A DNA stretch of 64,000 nucleotides from Psammoneis japonica (lineage: Eukaryota): contig QPGO01000002.1 of NCBI GenBank assembly GCA_008632985.1, forward strand, positions 868,001-932,000. Reading direction: 5' to 3'. The notes beneath the pieces are model-generated. The model worked only from the letters and a program-made list of their open reading frames with translations, searched no databases and was not told where the DNA came from. Below, in pieces: positions 1 through 13,182 of this stretch; within the stretch, counting starts at the first letter, position 1; every line of letters begins with the position of its first letter. The position numbers and the translations under genes were made by a program.

Positions 1-860
1 GAAGCAATCTTCCACGTTTCCGTCATCATCCTCACAACTCTTTAGCGTCATGCTTCCAAACTTGTCTTGGAGTTGCAAATCCACCGTTCCTGATGTATCG
101 AAAGTAAGCGTTTGACAGAGCCTATTTCCGTTGGGGCTAGAGATAGTACATGTCATAGTGTCTGGAAGAGTAGAGCCCTCGTTAGCCTCGAGAGTAAAGA
201 AGGGGTTGGGGTTAGGGTTGGTCTCTGGACGGATGGTGTTGTCTTCGAAGGTGAAACCATCTCCCTCACAGAAGATTCTCACGCGAGGATAACCGCTGCA
301 TTCTTCTTGAAATTCAGGATTATCTTCGCATTCGAATGCACCATCGTCGCCTTGCTGACTGTTGCTACTCGCGTCGCAGTCACAGTACTCGTACTCGAAC
401 GTGAGCTTCGTGAGCGGGTCGCTGCCTTCAGCACAGTTGCCATCAATCGGTGGGATTTCGTCACAGGGGGTACCAGCTGGTACATCGTCGGCTCCATCTT
501 GAACTTCGCACACAAGGCCCACCTGATTATTGTTCATGACAAGAAGAAGACGATGTGTGTTAGCACGGAGAGTATTCTAGAAAATGTTGTGAGACAGTAT
601 TTTCTTACTTCAACGTCGCACACTCCAGTAGGAGGTGGAGTAGGAGGAGGCGTAGGAGTGATAGGTGGTGGCGTTGGCACCACACTCATGGTGTCCTGAA
701 GAAGCCGGGACCAGTACTGCTCATCGTCAGCTCCAAGGTCACGCACGGCATCCTTGACTTTGGAAATCACAGATCTCCTCGTTCCTGCGGCGGTGACGCC
801 GTCGGCCCATGAGAGGGCAATGCTGGTAACTGCGAACAAGGCAGACCCAAGAAATCTCAT
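1..860 (-). CDS. Secreted Cys-rich diatom protein with Pro/Thr linker, DUF7467-like domain; 3' end lies outside the window
   Basis: Signal peptide MRFLGSALFAVTSIALSWA, RxL sites (RDL, RLL), TPPP repeats; GT-AG intron 608..523; exon 2 is open to base 1 (LTKLTFEYEYCDCDASSNSQ...QTLTFDTSGTVDLQLQDKFGSMTLKSC). Confidence 0.75.
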
Positions 861-1419
861 CGTTGTTCTGTCTCTTCAGGCGATCGTCAATTGTACCGGT
901 ACCTTCCGCTTGTTTTGTGTCGAACACAGAACCGGAAAAAGTGAGCGAAGGTATGTTGGCGTCGGAGGGAATCGCAGTAGAATGTGTACCGGAGGCTACG
1001 CATTGGCGATTATTCAGCGTATCTTGACACATAACGGCTAGAAATAGCACGTTATCAACGTATACGAATTTATATTGTCATTTTATGTGTGCAATATGTA
1101 GATACTCCTAAATAAATTTATTTAGTTTTGTATACTATTAAGTCGCCATAAAATATGTAAACCGATCACTATGGAAAAATTGAAGAAAGTTCTCCGTTGC
1201 TATTGAATAACGGCATTAATTACTGAATATATGAATTTGTGCCACGAACATCGCCTAAATTGGGGCGCGCGAAAATAATGGCGATAAGCGCGGAGATGTG
1301 GAGTTGCCACACTTGCCAGCCCTGGCCAGCCACGTCTCTCTACTGGTGGCTAGCAGTAGAGAGTGGCAGCCAACTCTCTAGCAGCCAGCTACCAGTTCGC
1401 ACCAACCCTAAAATGAATG

Positions 1420-3190
1420 TTGCGTTTGTTGTCATAAAAGATGAGCGCGGCGCTCACAGCTCCAGCAAGATCCCCTCCCTGCCTGTGAGATCTCACTGAT
1501 TGTCAGCCACCACATCCTCGAGTGAAGCAGGCGCCCCTGCAGCATGCTGGGTTTTGAGCTGGCACAGATGTTTTGTCATTCCTGGCCTCTTTTAGATTGT
1601 GACAGACCCAACACACATGCTGTGTGCCACCATGTCCAGCGCATTTTGGGCTGAGCGAGTTTTGCACAACGGCGAAAGGGCAAGAAGTGCTCCTCGGCCG
1701 GAGCGACTCTCAGACATCACAGAGGCCAAGTGCAAAGGTGCTTCACTGCATGTTGCAACTCACCACAATGCAGCATGCACTTTGTGCCAATGTTCTGCAT
1801 TTTGCCCACTCACCACGCCACACCAGATCGTCTGTCATTTTCCGCCAACAGCAGCAGCGACGAGTTGGGGCTTCGTCGCTTCCTCATCACATCGCATCTT
1901 CCCACCTGTCCTCACACTTGCCGGCACCTGCAGACCTCCCAAGCCGGAAGTGATCCTCGCTCCCAAGCGGGAGTGATCATCGCACCTTCGTGCTCGCGGT
2001 GTTGGGGGCTGCAGTCTGCTGCCAGTGTCCAGTCCACCGGGTTTTTTCCTCAATTGAGGCAGTCAAATCCACCTCAATTGAGGCAGTCAAAACACACCGC
2101 AGACAGAAAATGACACGCCATTTTGGCAAATGACATGAGAGACGACGATGTCAATTCCATTGTGCAAAGCAGTCTCTGCAATGACAACAAAGCCATTGCA
2201 ATGCTCGTGACACCTTGCTTTACATGCGCAATGTGCTCGCCTGTGCCAAACTTGAATCTTGAGATCCACAAATCAGCCACAAACGTGGGATGCGAAAATG
2301 GCCCATCACATTCATAAAAACTCTTTGACACACTTTCAACTGCCGCATCATCTCATGTTTAACACATGTTAATGCATCATGTGCTTGGCATTGTTGATTG
2401 TTGTGTTTTGGTCACATGAATCGATGCAAAGATTGGTGATCTCGGTCATTTAAGACTGGCCAGATAGAAAGGCACACCCAGAGCTCGAAACAGCTCGTAT
2501 GGTCAATTTTCAGGTGTGGACACCGATCGAAAGCTCTCGTTGAGCGCTTTCCAGCCATGTGTGTGTTGTTCATCGAATCACATTTTCTAATGAATTGAGA
2601 CCAGCAAAACATCTCAACGGAAATGACAACCAGTGACAAAACATGTGTGCACATGAGAAAAATGCATTGAACGGACGAATGTGTTCTGCGCGCTTTTTCT
2701 CAATAAACATTTTGGGAGCTCGCGAGCGCGCGGGTGTGCCTTTCTATCTGGCCAGTCTCATTTGTCGCGACAGCAATTCTGATGCTGCGATCGCAAAAAA
2801 ATCCTCCTTGAAAGCTCTGCACACAATGCAGCGAGCTTCTCTTGTGTGGAGAAGACATCCTGCTGCGTGTGCAGCACATGTTTGCCATCGTTGCAGAGCC
2901 GAATTTTTGAGGTGCCATTTTTTGCGTTTTGCGCTTGAACCCTCCTTTTCTCGACTGTCACTGCGATTTCGAGACTCGGGCTGCCATGACAAGGTCGTCC
3001 TTCTTGTGTCACACAACATTGTTTAAAGGTAGATTGTTGAGAGAGTCCCAGAGTTTGTAAAACGGCAGTCGCATCATCGTCAAAGTCCCAAAATTCACGC
3101 ATTTTTGGGATGCGCGTGTTTGCATGCCAACAAGGTGAAGAAGAAAATGTGTGGTCGATGGCGAGTGAAGAGCCCAATTGTTGCCCCAAG
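1420..3190. mobile_element. TpA-depleted island A (degenerate transposon DNA, includes most of a MITE)
   Basis: Very few TA dinucleotides, excess CA/TG, short Tyr-poor ORFs in all frames; boundaries approximate. Confidence 0.7.
2048..2091. repeat. Two tandem copies (24-bp period) of palindrome CCTCAATTGAGG plus cagtcaaa; left subterminal repeats of the MITE
   Basis: Copies start at 2048 and 2072. Confidence 0.9.
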
Positions 3191-3276
3191 AGGTTCTAAA
3201 GCATGGAGAACAACATTCTAGTGTCACTTAGGGGCTACAACGGTTTTAGCGATTTAGCGAGGGGGGTCGAAAAACT

Positions 3277-3308
3277 ACCTCAATTGAGGTTTTTACCTCA
3301 ATTGAGGT
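3277..3308. repeat. Two 14-bp palindromes ACCTCAATTGAGGT; right subterminal repeats of the MITE
   Basis: 3277-3290 and 3295-3308. Confidence 0.9.
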
Positions 3309-3556
3309 GCTTGGTAGACTAGACACTAGAGAGCTACCGCACTGTAGAGAGAGTTCGTGCTGTTGGTGTGAAATCTCAGAACATGAAATAACCTAAATAT
3401 GTATCCCGTATATATATTAATGATCAAGCTGTGACGTGTCGTCTCTGCGTGGCATCTTTTCAAAATATATTGACCACGCGACCAACCTCCGACGATGACA
3501 TTCCGGTTAATTTTGGCGTCTCATTTCCCGTCCCTTGAACCCTGCGATACCCTTCA

Positions 3557-4441
3557 ATGACACTCTCCACGTGTGCTTCCTTGCCTGTGCTAGTTCTGTT
3601 TGGTAATTTACTTGTTGCGTCGCAAGGATTTGTCCCTGGTGTTCCGCAGTCAACACAAACGCGCCAGAAAATGACGTGGAAAGAATCAGCCCTCCAATCA
3701 TCTACTCAAGAGACTCCATTCTTTGCCAAGGACGGGGTAAAGGGCGTAATTTTCGATGTAGACGGTACCTTGGCCGATTCTTGGAAGCTGGGATTTGATG
3801 CCACTGTCGTCGTTTTGGAAAAGAATGGTATTCCGACAATCACGGAAGAAATCTACCACGACGGTACGCGTTATGCCACCCCCGAGAGACTTGCAAGACA
3901 CGCTGGACTCATGCCAGGTGACAAAGATTTTGAAAAGTGGGAAACAACTCGGAGACGAATTCGATGGTTTGTATGTTGATTTAGTAAATATGGACACCGC
4001 GGTTTCTACGATGGCATTTATGAACTCCTTGAGAACCTACCGTCCGATGTGCGGGTCGGGGCCCTTACAAATGCATGCGTCAAATATGCACACGCGGTTC
4101 TCAAGACAAATAGCGATGCATCAGACAACAAATCGATTTATGAAATGTTCTCGTCGATTCGTGGGGCGGACAATGTACCATCTCCAAAGCCCTCGCCAGA
4201 TGGATTGTTTGTTTGCTGCAAGGAAATGGGAGTTGCACCCGAAGAGTGTATATATGTAGGTGATAGCCCGAGTGATGCTGGAGCTGCACATGCTGCAGGA
4301 ATGCCATCGATTGGAGTCATGTGGGGATCACATTCCGAAGAGAGTTTGCGAAAGGCACCGTTCACACGCCTTGCCAGTACAGTTGAAGAACTACAGACCG
4401 CAATCATGGATACAGTATCAAATTCTCCTGTTGTAAGTTGA
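3557..4441 (+). CDS. HAD-superfamily hydrolase (phosphoglycolate phosphatase-like), probably plastid-targeted; two apparent frameshifts (~3940, ~4000)
   Basis: Motif I IFDVDGTL, motif II ALTN, KPSPD, motif IV VGDSPSD; signal peptide ending SQG-F; three overlapping ORFs join into one protein. Confidence 0.85.
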
Positions 4442-4934
4442 GAGGTGGTTTGATCTAGTAGAATTCAGAATTGAGCAGAACTATACGAGCGAATTAGACG
4501 AATAGCTCTCGTACAAAATGTCGCTTCTTTCAGAAAATGTTGTTTAGTGGGCCGTGAAAGCGCAGTAACCTTACGATACGTGGCAGCAATGATCAGTGGG
4601 AGTATCCAAGAGGCATTCATGCGTGTCTTAGTTGCTCTTTGTTGCATGGTCGCGTACCGTGTCGTTAAATTGACGTACTGTAGCTTGCGGTTGATCTACC
4701 GTATCGTATCGAACGATAAATTCGTAGGACCACTTGAATAAGGTAAAGCCCACAGCAAATCCTTATTACCAACTGCCGATTTACCTTATTGAAGTTTGAT
4801 AATGGTCTGTCATCGCCGGTTGTTGAATGTATCCTCGCGTACAGCTTGCACGAGCTACATACGTAGTAAGTATGTTCGCTACGGAGGCCACGCAGAGCTC
4901 TCACATTTTCAGTCAACGTCAACACTTTTTGACC

Positions 4935-6022
4935 ATGGCGCCTCTTCGTACCCTTGCCGCTTTGGCCCTATGCCGGTGCTGTCTCAGGCTTTGCCCCAGC
5001 CTCGACAGGTGTTTCCAAGAAAGCTTTTGCTACCCCAAGGTATGGATTATAACCCCTTCGTGTCTTTTGGGTGCCTGAGAGGAAATGTTCGACCGGCAAG
5101 TTGAGGTCCGAGACGCCAAGGATCGCGATTCCTGTTTGTGTAGAATTCTACACGCGTCGTACTGCTCACGTCGACCGAGAGCCGAATTTTTTGCTCGCCA
5201 TGCCATGCCTCTTGTTGAACGAAAATGAACACGTGTTACGTCGCCTGTCCCAAGAATATGTTGATTTTGTATGTTGTGGAATGAAAGGGAGATGTGTATG
5301 ATACTGAGCCTCAGGGAGGGTGTTTCGTATTGTTGTTGCCGAGTGTCAGATTTTTTTGCGTGAAAAGTGCGGGTTTCCCTCTTTCTTGTTCGAGTCTTCT
5401 CACTCATTGAACTGTACCATCTCTATATTCTCTTTCATTTGTCACGTAATCGCAGCACTAGCTTGAACGTCTTCAACGACTACTTTGAAGATGCCGTAGA
5501 GGATTGGGAACAACAGTGGCCTCAGTTTTCCAAGTGGGGCTGGGGAACCTCCGTTCAGGCCGAGAAGTGGAACGGCCGCCACGCCATGTTTGGCTGGGTC
5601 TTTATTGCGCCACTGCTACGCCAAGGGACATGGTCTCATCCCTGATGCCGATATGCACCTCGACCTCAAGGAGTGGGGTACTCTTGCCACCATTTCTGGA
5701 AAGGAGACCATCACGAACGAACGCGCCATCATTCTGATTGCCAATGTTCACCTTTTGTGCGTGTCGGTTGCCGCCACCCTTTGCCCTCTTCCCTTTTCTG
5801 ATCCACTCTTGTATGACGCGAACTCTGATCAGTTTGACAGGATTACGGAAAAGAAGGGCTACGGCTACCTTCCAGAAATGAAGTTTGGCCTACCGAAGAA
5901 GCGAAATCTTGAACGGACGCTTGGCCATGCTTGGACTCACCTGCCTCATCCTAACCACTGCCATTTCGGGTCAAGACATGATTTCGATAGTCAATGAGTG
6001 GGTCGGAGGTGCTTACTTCTAA
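4935..6022 (+). CDS. RedCAP: Red-lineage chlorophyll a/b-binding-like protein (RedCAP), plastid-targeted; intron 5040..5455; several apparent frameshifts
   Basis: MAPLRT...VSG-FAP targeting motif; FSKWGWGTSVQAEKWNGRHAMFGW; YAKGHGLIPDAD..LDLKEWGTLATISGK.TITNERAIILIANVH; second LHC motif EILNGRLAMLG; C-terminus NEWVGGAYF*. Confidence 0.9.
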
Positions 6023-6349
6023 GTACTCTGCAACTTCTTTTTGATTTGGAAAAAGGATGCAGAAGTAAACTATTGAATAGAATGCAACTTTCTCGTTCCA
6101 TCTTTGTGTTTTGAACAGTCGACTGATACGATATCGACTGTCCTCTTCCTAATCCATGTACGCGTCACATAAAACTAGTTCTATACCTTACCCAGTCAAT
6201 CCGCGCCTGTAATCGTGGTTGCAAATCGGTTGCCAGAGAGCAAACGCGAGCGTTTGCAATTGAGCAAATACGACCGGGACAGCCAAGAAGTGGGTAAAGA
6301 GAGCTGTTAAGTGTGGCAAACAACAGTTTCTTCAATTTTAAAAGTGTTC

Positions 6350-9300
6350 ATCTAGTTCGACAAGGCGAACATGCATGCACGCACGCACATTCATGCCTGG
6401 GCACATGCAAACATTTAGTCCCTGTGAACTGATTCTGTCTCGTTCAAGTGCAGCCATTGCCATGAGATCCCAGCAAGTGGAGCAACACCTGCTTGTGCTC
6501 AACATTTCATTGGTGATGTGCTCATGCTCATGCAGAACACAGGTGAGTTGCACTCTTGTGGCTGTGCAATGACAAAGAGCAGTGGCTGTGCACAACTGGT
6601 GTGCCTGGTTTCTGGCAGTTTTTGACCACCATCTCACTGGTGCCCGGACCAACCTGTTTGATCTGCCATGCCTGGTTCCTCCTGTGGCGCTCATTTGCAG
6701 TGTCATTTTAAAAGAGATGGCAAGTGTGAGATGAGCCACAGACGCTGCTGGGAAAAGCAACTCTGGTCTCACACAAGTGGCTTGACAGTCTGACTTTTGT
6801 GACAAGCTGCGGCCGGCAGTGTGACTTGACAGTCCCCATTCAGAGCTGTGGCAATGAGATCACAACAAGAGCTTGAAGTGACTTTCTGAGAGGTGTCAGC
6901 TGGAGCTGCAATGAGTCACATCTCTGCTGGGAGCAACAAACAGAGTCCATGTCTGGGTCATGCTGACAAAGACAGCAAGTTCTTCACTTGATGGCACAGC
7001 ATCAGAAGCCCAGCATCAAGTCAGGTGCATGTGCATTTTGGGTCACTTCCTCCCTGGCACCAATGCTGACATGCTGGCAATGGTCAAACAGCTGTTCACA
7101 ATGAAAAAGTTCAAAAGCTGAGGAAGAAGTCTGCTTGGCATGCAGCCCAAGACACAGTGCCTGGAGCATGCCGCAGCACTGAAAAGTGATCTTCTGGCCA
7201 AAACCATCAAGGGCTGCAGTTTGGACAAAGCTGACAAGGGCTGCAGTGAAAGGAAGTCAATGATGAAGAGCTTTGGAGGTTCTGTCCACATGATTTTCCA
7301 TCTGTTGACTGGTGGCAACAATGATGTTGCCAAAGCCACACTCTGTCAGGAGCCTGCACTCATTGGCAAAGGCCAGAACATGAAAATGGATGCAGCCACC
7401 TGACCACCACCATGCAACAATTCTGTCTCCACAACAGCTTTGCACCAAGGGCAAAAAGCTCTTCTGTTTTTTCAATTTCTGCAATGAACCATGTGCAAGC
7501 ATCAAAAAATGGCATCAGACAGCATTTCAAACAAAGTGGCAAAAGGCATGCAGCATGTTGGCAGCATGGCAGCATCACCAGGGCAGGCAATCCACAGTGC
7601 CCAAGAACCACAGTCATTTAGAGGTGGCCTGCCACTGCATCATGAGCCCCGCATGGACCCAGCAAATCTTTGATGACAAACTCACAATTGGTCTGACACA
7701 TGTGAAGTGTGACCAGCCAGTTGCAGTGAGCCATGCTGGGAAGCAAGAAGGACATGTAAAAACTGAAGCTGGCAGCCTGCACATGTCACAGAGTCGCCAC
7801 AGACCAGCAGGCCAGCTCTGCATCCAGCCTGCACCATCTGGCATGGGATGCACCAGGTCTCATCCCTGGGCATTGTGTGGCTGCATTGTCAGGATCATGA
7901 TGCCAAGCCAGCACCTTTGCAATTGCAGGCCAATTTGTGGTGCAGTGCCCAGCTGGCTGCAGAGAGTTCATCCCTGTTTGACAGCACACACTCCACAGCA
8001 ACCTCAATTTCCTTGAGCATGTCAGCACAGGCTGCCACGTTGGTCAGTGACACCGTGCAGGACCCATGTCAGCCATTTGTTGATGGCAAGCCATTCAGGT
8101 GGTGACTTTCATGTGCACATCTGGAGTGAACAGCCACTCAATGATTGGGTCTCATGCTTGACTCACAAGCATCACATGGTCAGTGAAAACACATCCTCTC
8201 TTCTTTCTTCAACATGCCACAAAAGAAGTGGCAGTTGAGACAGTTGCCAGCCTCAGAACACCAAACACTAGAATGTCTGAGTTGGTGTGATTTCTGACAC
8301 TTTGGCAATGATCTGGTTGCATGGTTTGCTGGCAATGGAAAAGATGGAAATCTTCTTGATCTCATGAGAAGCAGGCAGATGAACACAGCTGTGCCATTGG
8401 CACACACATGTTTTGAGCACATTGCACAGCAATTTGTGCTTTGCTGGGTTGATTGATGACACACCCATGACAATCCACAAGTGGACAAACATTTCTGTTC
8501 TGCCACTGGCTGTTTTGCTTGTGCTGCTGAAAATGCACCCAAGGGTGTTGTTTGAGTGTGGTGTCAGAGGCAATGCTTCTGAGGGAAGGGATTCTCTTGG
8601 TTGTTTTGGTGCATGTGCCAAGTTCAAAGATCAGAGGCAAGACTCAGATGGCAATCTGATCTTTGAACTTGGCACATGCTGCTGGATTTCAGATTGTGCA
8701 AAGCAGAATCTCCTGATGGATCCATGGGCATGGACATGTGCAGCACACATCATTGTTGAAAGCATTGTCTCTCTGTTGAGAATGAGGGTGAGACTTGCCA
8801 AATTGTCATGGAGACTGCAGGTCACTGGAATGATGCACAAATTGCTCAGAAATGCAGCCAGCTCTCTGCACTTCCCAGAGTGGTGGGAGCAGACCCAAAC
8901 AAGCTGCTGTCAGGTGGGGCTCCCAACTGGGATGGAAGGATGGCACTGCTGGCTGGCTTCCTTTGCTTCAGGGCACATGCTTTGTTGCTCCTGTGCCTCA
9001 GGGAGGCTGTGAAGGTCAAATCCAGGTGCTGGAAGAGCACCCACATGATTTGGGATTGAAAAGTCTCAGATGGCATGGAGCAGTGCTTTCTGTGAAGAAT
9101 GAGCCAAGACTGGCTTCAATCTTCAGAAAGATGCTGCTGAGAAGAAAATGTGCATGTTGTTCCCATCTTTCAGTTCTTTGATGATGACCATGTGCCTGTT
9201 GGGCACAGGAAGACTGCTTCTTGCTGTCCTCCATTCTTTGATGCCAAAACAGATTCTGCCATGGCACGTTGGGCATTCAGAAAACATGTTCTTTGATTCC

Positions 9301-12300
9301 ATGCTGTTTGTTGGCCTGGCTTTTTGTGGCAGCCAACATGCCAGCTCCTGGGTGGCAAATCATTGTGCCTGGGCAGCAGACTGAGAAGGAGAAAAGATTT
9401 CTGTCTTGGGGTGGTGTGGTTGATCTCTGGTTGATTTGGTTGCCACACTGTTTGGCAATGACAGCAATGTTTTGGAGACACACCAACAGCCATGACTTGC
9501 TGGTGCCTGACTTGGAAACCCACTGCATTGTGGGTGGTTGTTGTCAGATTGTCAGACTGACACACCAGAGTCAGCATGCTCCTGTCATCTTGCACAACAG
9601 CATGAGAGTGGCATTTGGAGTCACACCATGCTGGGTGCTAGATGACTTTTTGGATTTTGTGAGTGCTGATGTTCAGAGTGTCCTTTTTCTCAGTGCACCT
9701 GCACCAAGGAACACTGCCACATGCTGGCCAGCTTGGAACTCAGGAAGCAAAACATGGCAGGAGCTCTCAAAGATTGTTGGGGCCCTGTGTGTTCTCAAGA
9801 GCTCTGAACAACATTCAGATGTCATGTGGAAGCAGTGCTGGGTGAAGCTGGCTGGGCTCAAATTCAGCAAGGGTGTTCCAGATGTTTGGGTGTGCACGAA
9901 GGCCACAAAACACATGCTTGTGAACATGGATGACTTTTTGGATTTGTGCCCCATCACCCCAATTACAGTCATTTGTGGACTGTGCTTGGCTGTGTGCTGT
10001 TGTGGTGCACTCAAGGAAAAAGTGTCAAGGAACTGGAGGAGTGCCTGTGCACTCAGATGCAAAAATGTCAATTGTCTGGCTCAGACAGAGAAAAACACAG
10101 TGCACTTTGTCTCATGATTTGCATGTTGAGTGGGCCACTGCCAGTGTGTCAAAATTTGAGAGCTCAAACATGCCTGACAAGGCTTCAGGAGTGAGGCTTC
10201 AACTCCAATGAGCTCAGAGGACACAAACCAGAACTCAACAGCTCTCCTCTCAGTCAAAGAAGACAGAAGAGCAACTTGCTTCTAGGGACTCACACAAGAG
10301 CATTGATTTTGGGTGGGGGTCAGACTGACATCATTGTGCCTGTGTTTGTCTCATCTCCTTCTTGCACCTCTCACTGCTTCTCTGAGGGTTGGGTGTTTGG
10401 ACAAAGAAGTGCTTGACACTGAAGAAGTGCTTCACACTTTTGCTCATTTGAAATCACCACACACTGCTGGACATGTTGGTTGAAGTTCTGCTGTTCTGCT
10501 GCTCTGGCTGCTGCCTTGTCTTTGCTCCCAATCAAAAAACTGCTCAAGAAGACACTTGGCTTTCTCTCTTTTGCTGTGGGCTCCACTTGTTCAGCAATGG
10601 TGCATGCATTGACCAGCTGCAAGTGGCACCAAAACACAGCTGAAGGCAGTCAACAACATTGCTTGCAGCTCACACACAATTGTTTTGCCACTCCAATGTT
10701 TGGACGTCATTGAAAAGCATTTTGGACAGCTGGTTTTGTGTTCTGGGGTGTGCTTCAGAGGTCACTGCATTTAAAGCCAGAGTTGAAGAAGTTGTCTGCA
10801 CAGTTTGTGTGTGTGTTGACAATGGGAAGATGTCTCCTTGTCACATTGTGCAGTTTTTAGCCTGTGTCAAGGCAAGTGGCCAGCTGTTGAACTCAACAAC
10901 CCCACACACAGCCACCCAGCACAACTCCTCAAGAAGTGGTGTCTCTCACACAATTTTGATGACAAACCTCACACTGCCAGGTGCACTGGGCCAGAGCTTG
11001 CATGATGTGCTGACTGCTGCAAGCTTGAGTGGCTCAGCTTTGACCAAGTTTTTGTTGTAAAAAACAATGTGTGGCCCACTCAAGAAAGTGCTCATTTTGA
11101 ATTGCAACATTGGCCACCAGAGTTGCCATGCCATTGAAGTTGGTTAACTTTGTTGCAATGCTGGTGGCCAGAGCTGATGTGCTGCTTGAGCTTTGGTTTC
11201 AATGGTGCCGGTCACTGGAGTTGCCATCCTGTCAAAAAGTTGGTTGCTGTGTTGGTGGTCACATGAGCTGTGCCATGCTGCTGGAACCAGCCACAACATT
11301 GGCTGCCAGACATGCCATGCCAAGAGCAAATTGCAAATCAACTGGTGATTTCTGAAAGTGCAAAGGCAAACTGCAATGTGCCACTTGAGTGGCTGCACTC
11401 AGCTCTAAATTGTCAAACAACAAGCTGGTTTTGTCATGAGAAGAACTGGAGTTGGAAACAATGATGGGGCAGGCAAGCACACAGCTTGCACATCTGCTTC
11501 TGATGTCTTTGGCTCTTGAAGTGGCTTGTTCACTCATTTTGCTTTTTGCCATGTCAAGCAACTCCTTGCAGGCTTTTGCACTCTTTGCCCCACCTCCTGT
11601 TCATCAAGATGCTTGAGAGCTCAAGGAAGAGAAAATTCCTCCATTGTCAAGACATGCACTGCAACTCATCGCACAAACAATGAAAGAGTTTTGCAAGGAA
11701 CTCAAAAACACAGTGCGGAGTGCACTGCAATGCCTTTTTGCTCAATCTTCCATTTTGCATCAAAGGCTCAATCTTCCATTTTGCATCAACAAAGGGCTTG
11801 CTGGCATGACATTTTTCATGCCAGCAAGGCCTGGGCATTGCTTTGCTCTCAGACATGGCAACTTTGCAGACTTCAATGCCATTTTTGCATTTCTCTCATC
11901 CACCAAAAAAAAGGTCTCACTTGCCACTTGCTCCCAGCTCTTTTTTGTCCCTTCAGACAAATCTCATTTGCCTTTGGGGGGCATCAAAGGATGTGCGCCG
12001 ACAACTTCATTTGAGAGGGCTGATTTGGCACTTTTGAGAATTCCCCCCTGGCAGCAGCCAGTTTCCACCAGTGTAAAATGTGACTTGGGGAGGAAGAGAG
12101 AGTTGGACTTGACCTCGATCTCATCATTTGACACACATCTTAGAGATTGCTGTTGCTGTCAGTGACAAAAGAAATGCCCTGACAACCATCCATTTCCAAA
12201 CAACTGGCAGATGACCATGCTCTGAAAGAGTGGGGAACACCAGTGAGAGCACTTGGAAAACCACAAAAAATTGAAACAGGCACTGTGCAGCAAGAACAAG

Positions 12301-12920
12301 AGAAATGCTGCAAAGCTTGACAAACTCAACTCTGACTGCTTCTTGTGCTCTTCTTTTTGATCTTCAAGCCAACCTCTTTGCCATCAAATGGGAGGCACAT
12401 CATTGACCAAGTCAGGGTGAGTTTTGACCACATGAAAATTTTTACACTGGGGTGAAATTGGCTTTGTTTGTGCAAAAATCATTGGAGGCAAACTCCTTGA
12501 GAGAGCCAGAACAGAGCCTCATGGCCAAGTGGTGCCATCGTCACACCAGTTGGTTGAGAACCCGCCCCTCTGTGCTCACATGACACACCAGATGACCAAA
12601 ACCAAAATGCACAAGAAAGACAACATTCGTCTCTTGACACACTCGCTCATTGTTTCATTTGTGTCAGAGAAACAACATGGTCCACGCCAGAAAAAAGCTT
12701 GTTCTTCTAGAGCACAATGCAAGCGAAGTCACAGAAAAATTGTGCCAAGCAAAAAACTCACCACAGCACGGGGATTTGAAAAAGGTGTGGTCAAGTGATT
12801 CACATGCAGCGCATTTGTTAAGTGGAAGAGAGGCTGAGCAGGGGGGCTGTGGTTCAACACGACTTGTTGGGGGCATGATGTCGGGGCCATCATGGTTTTT
12901 TCGAACACTGGGCCCCCCTT
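6350..12920. mobile_element. TpA- and CpG-depleted island B (heavily mutated, unclassified transposon remnant(s))
   Basis: About 6.5 kb almost devoid of TA and CG; dozens of overlapping Cys/His-rich, nearly Tyr-free ORFs; no family motif recognisable by eye. Confidence 0.65.
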
Positions 12921-13182
12921 CCAAGAATTAATTACCGGTAGACTTACGGTGCTGTAGGGCTACGTCAACGCTAATTTTTTCGAAGAGGCTAATTTGTCTT
13001 TTCATTTTAGCATAGCCCTAGGGCCCTAATATATTTATCTTTATTACGTCATGCAAAATTCTGGCGGAACACTGATTTTTTTATTTTGGTCACTTTTTGC
13101 GCCACGTCCTTCAATCCCTCTTCCTTCTTGAAGGATCTGCGCCTACTAACTGTACCAAGCCAACACAAAGCAAGGTCCAGCC

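Larger units (their letters stand above)
2022..3329. mobile_element. Non-autonomous TIR element (MITE-like, ~1.3 kb)
   Basis: 2022-2038 ccagtgtccagtccacc vs reverse complement of 3313-3329 ctagtgtctagtctacc (14/17); two CCTCAATTGAGG palindromes just inside each end; outer TA/CTAG may be the target site. Confidence 0.8.

Noticed and set aside
112..699. 195-aa plus-strand ORF and similar antisense ORFs over host genes (e.g. 38205..38750, 59253..59888)
   Set aside because: Shadow frames opposite well-supported genes
2048..3308. Palindromic repeats as a CRISPR array
   Set aside because: Only two copies per site, no unique spacers, eukaryotic context, no cas genes
3277..3329. Hairpin plus CTAG as a Helitron 3' end
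   Set aside because: Better explained as the right TIR and subterminal repeats matching 2022-2091
10760..10830. Minus-strand CADNFFNS resembling the piggyBac transposase DNFF motif
   Set aside because: Surrounding residues do not show the other piggyBac motifs; too short in hypermutated DNA
6350..12920. Dozens of Cys/His-rich ORFs as real metal-binding proteins
   Set aside because: They overlap in all six frames and are explained by loss of TAA/TAG and gain of TGY/CAY codons
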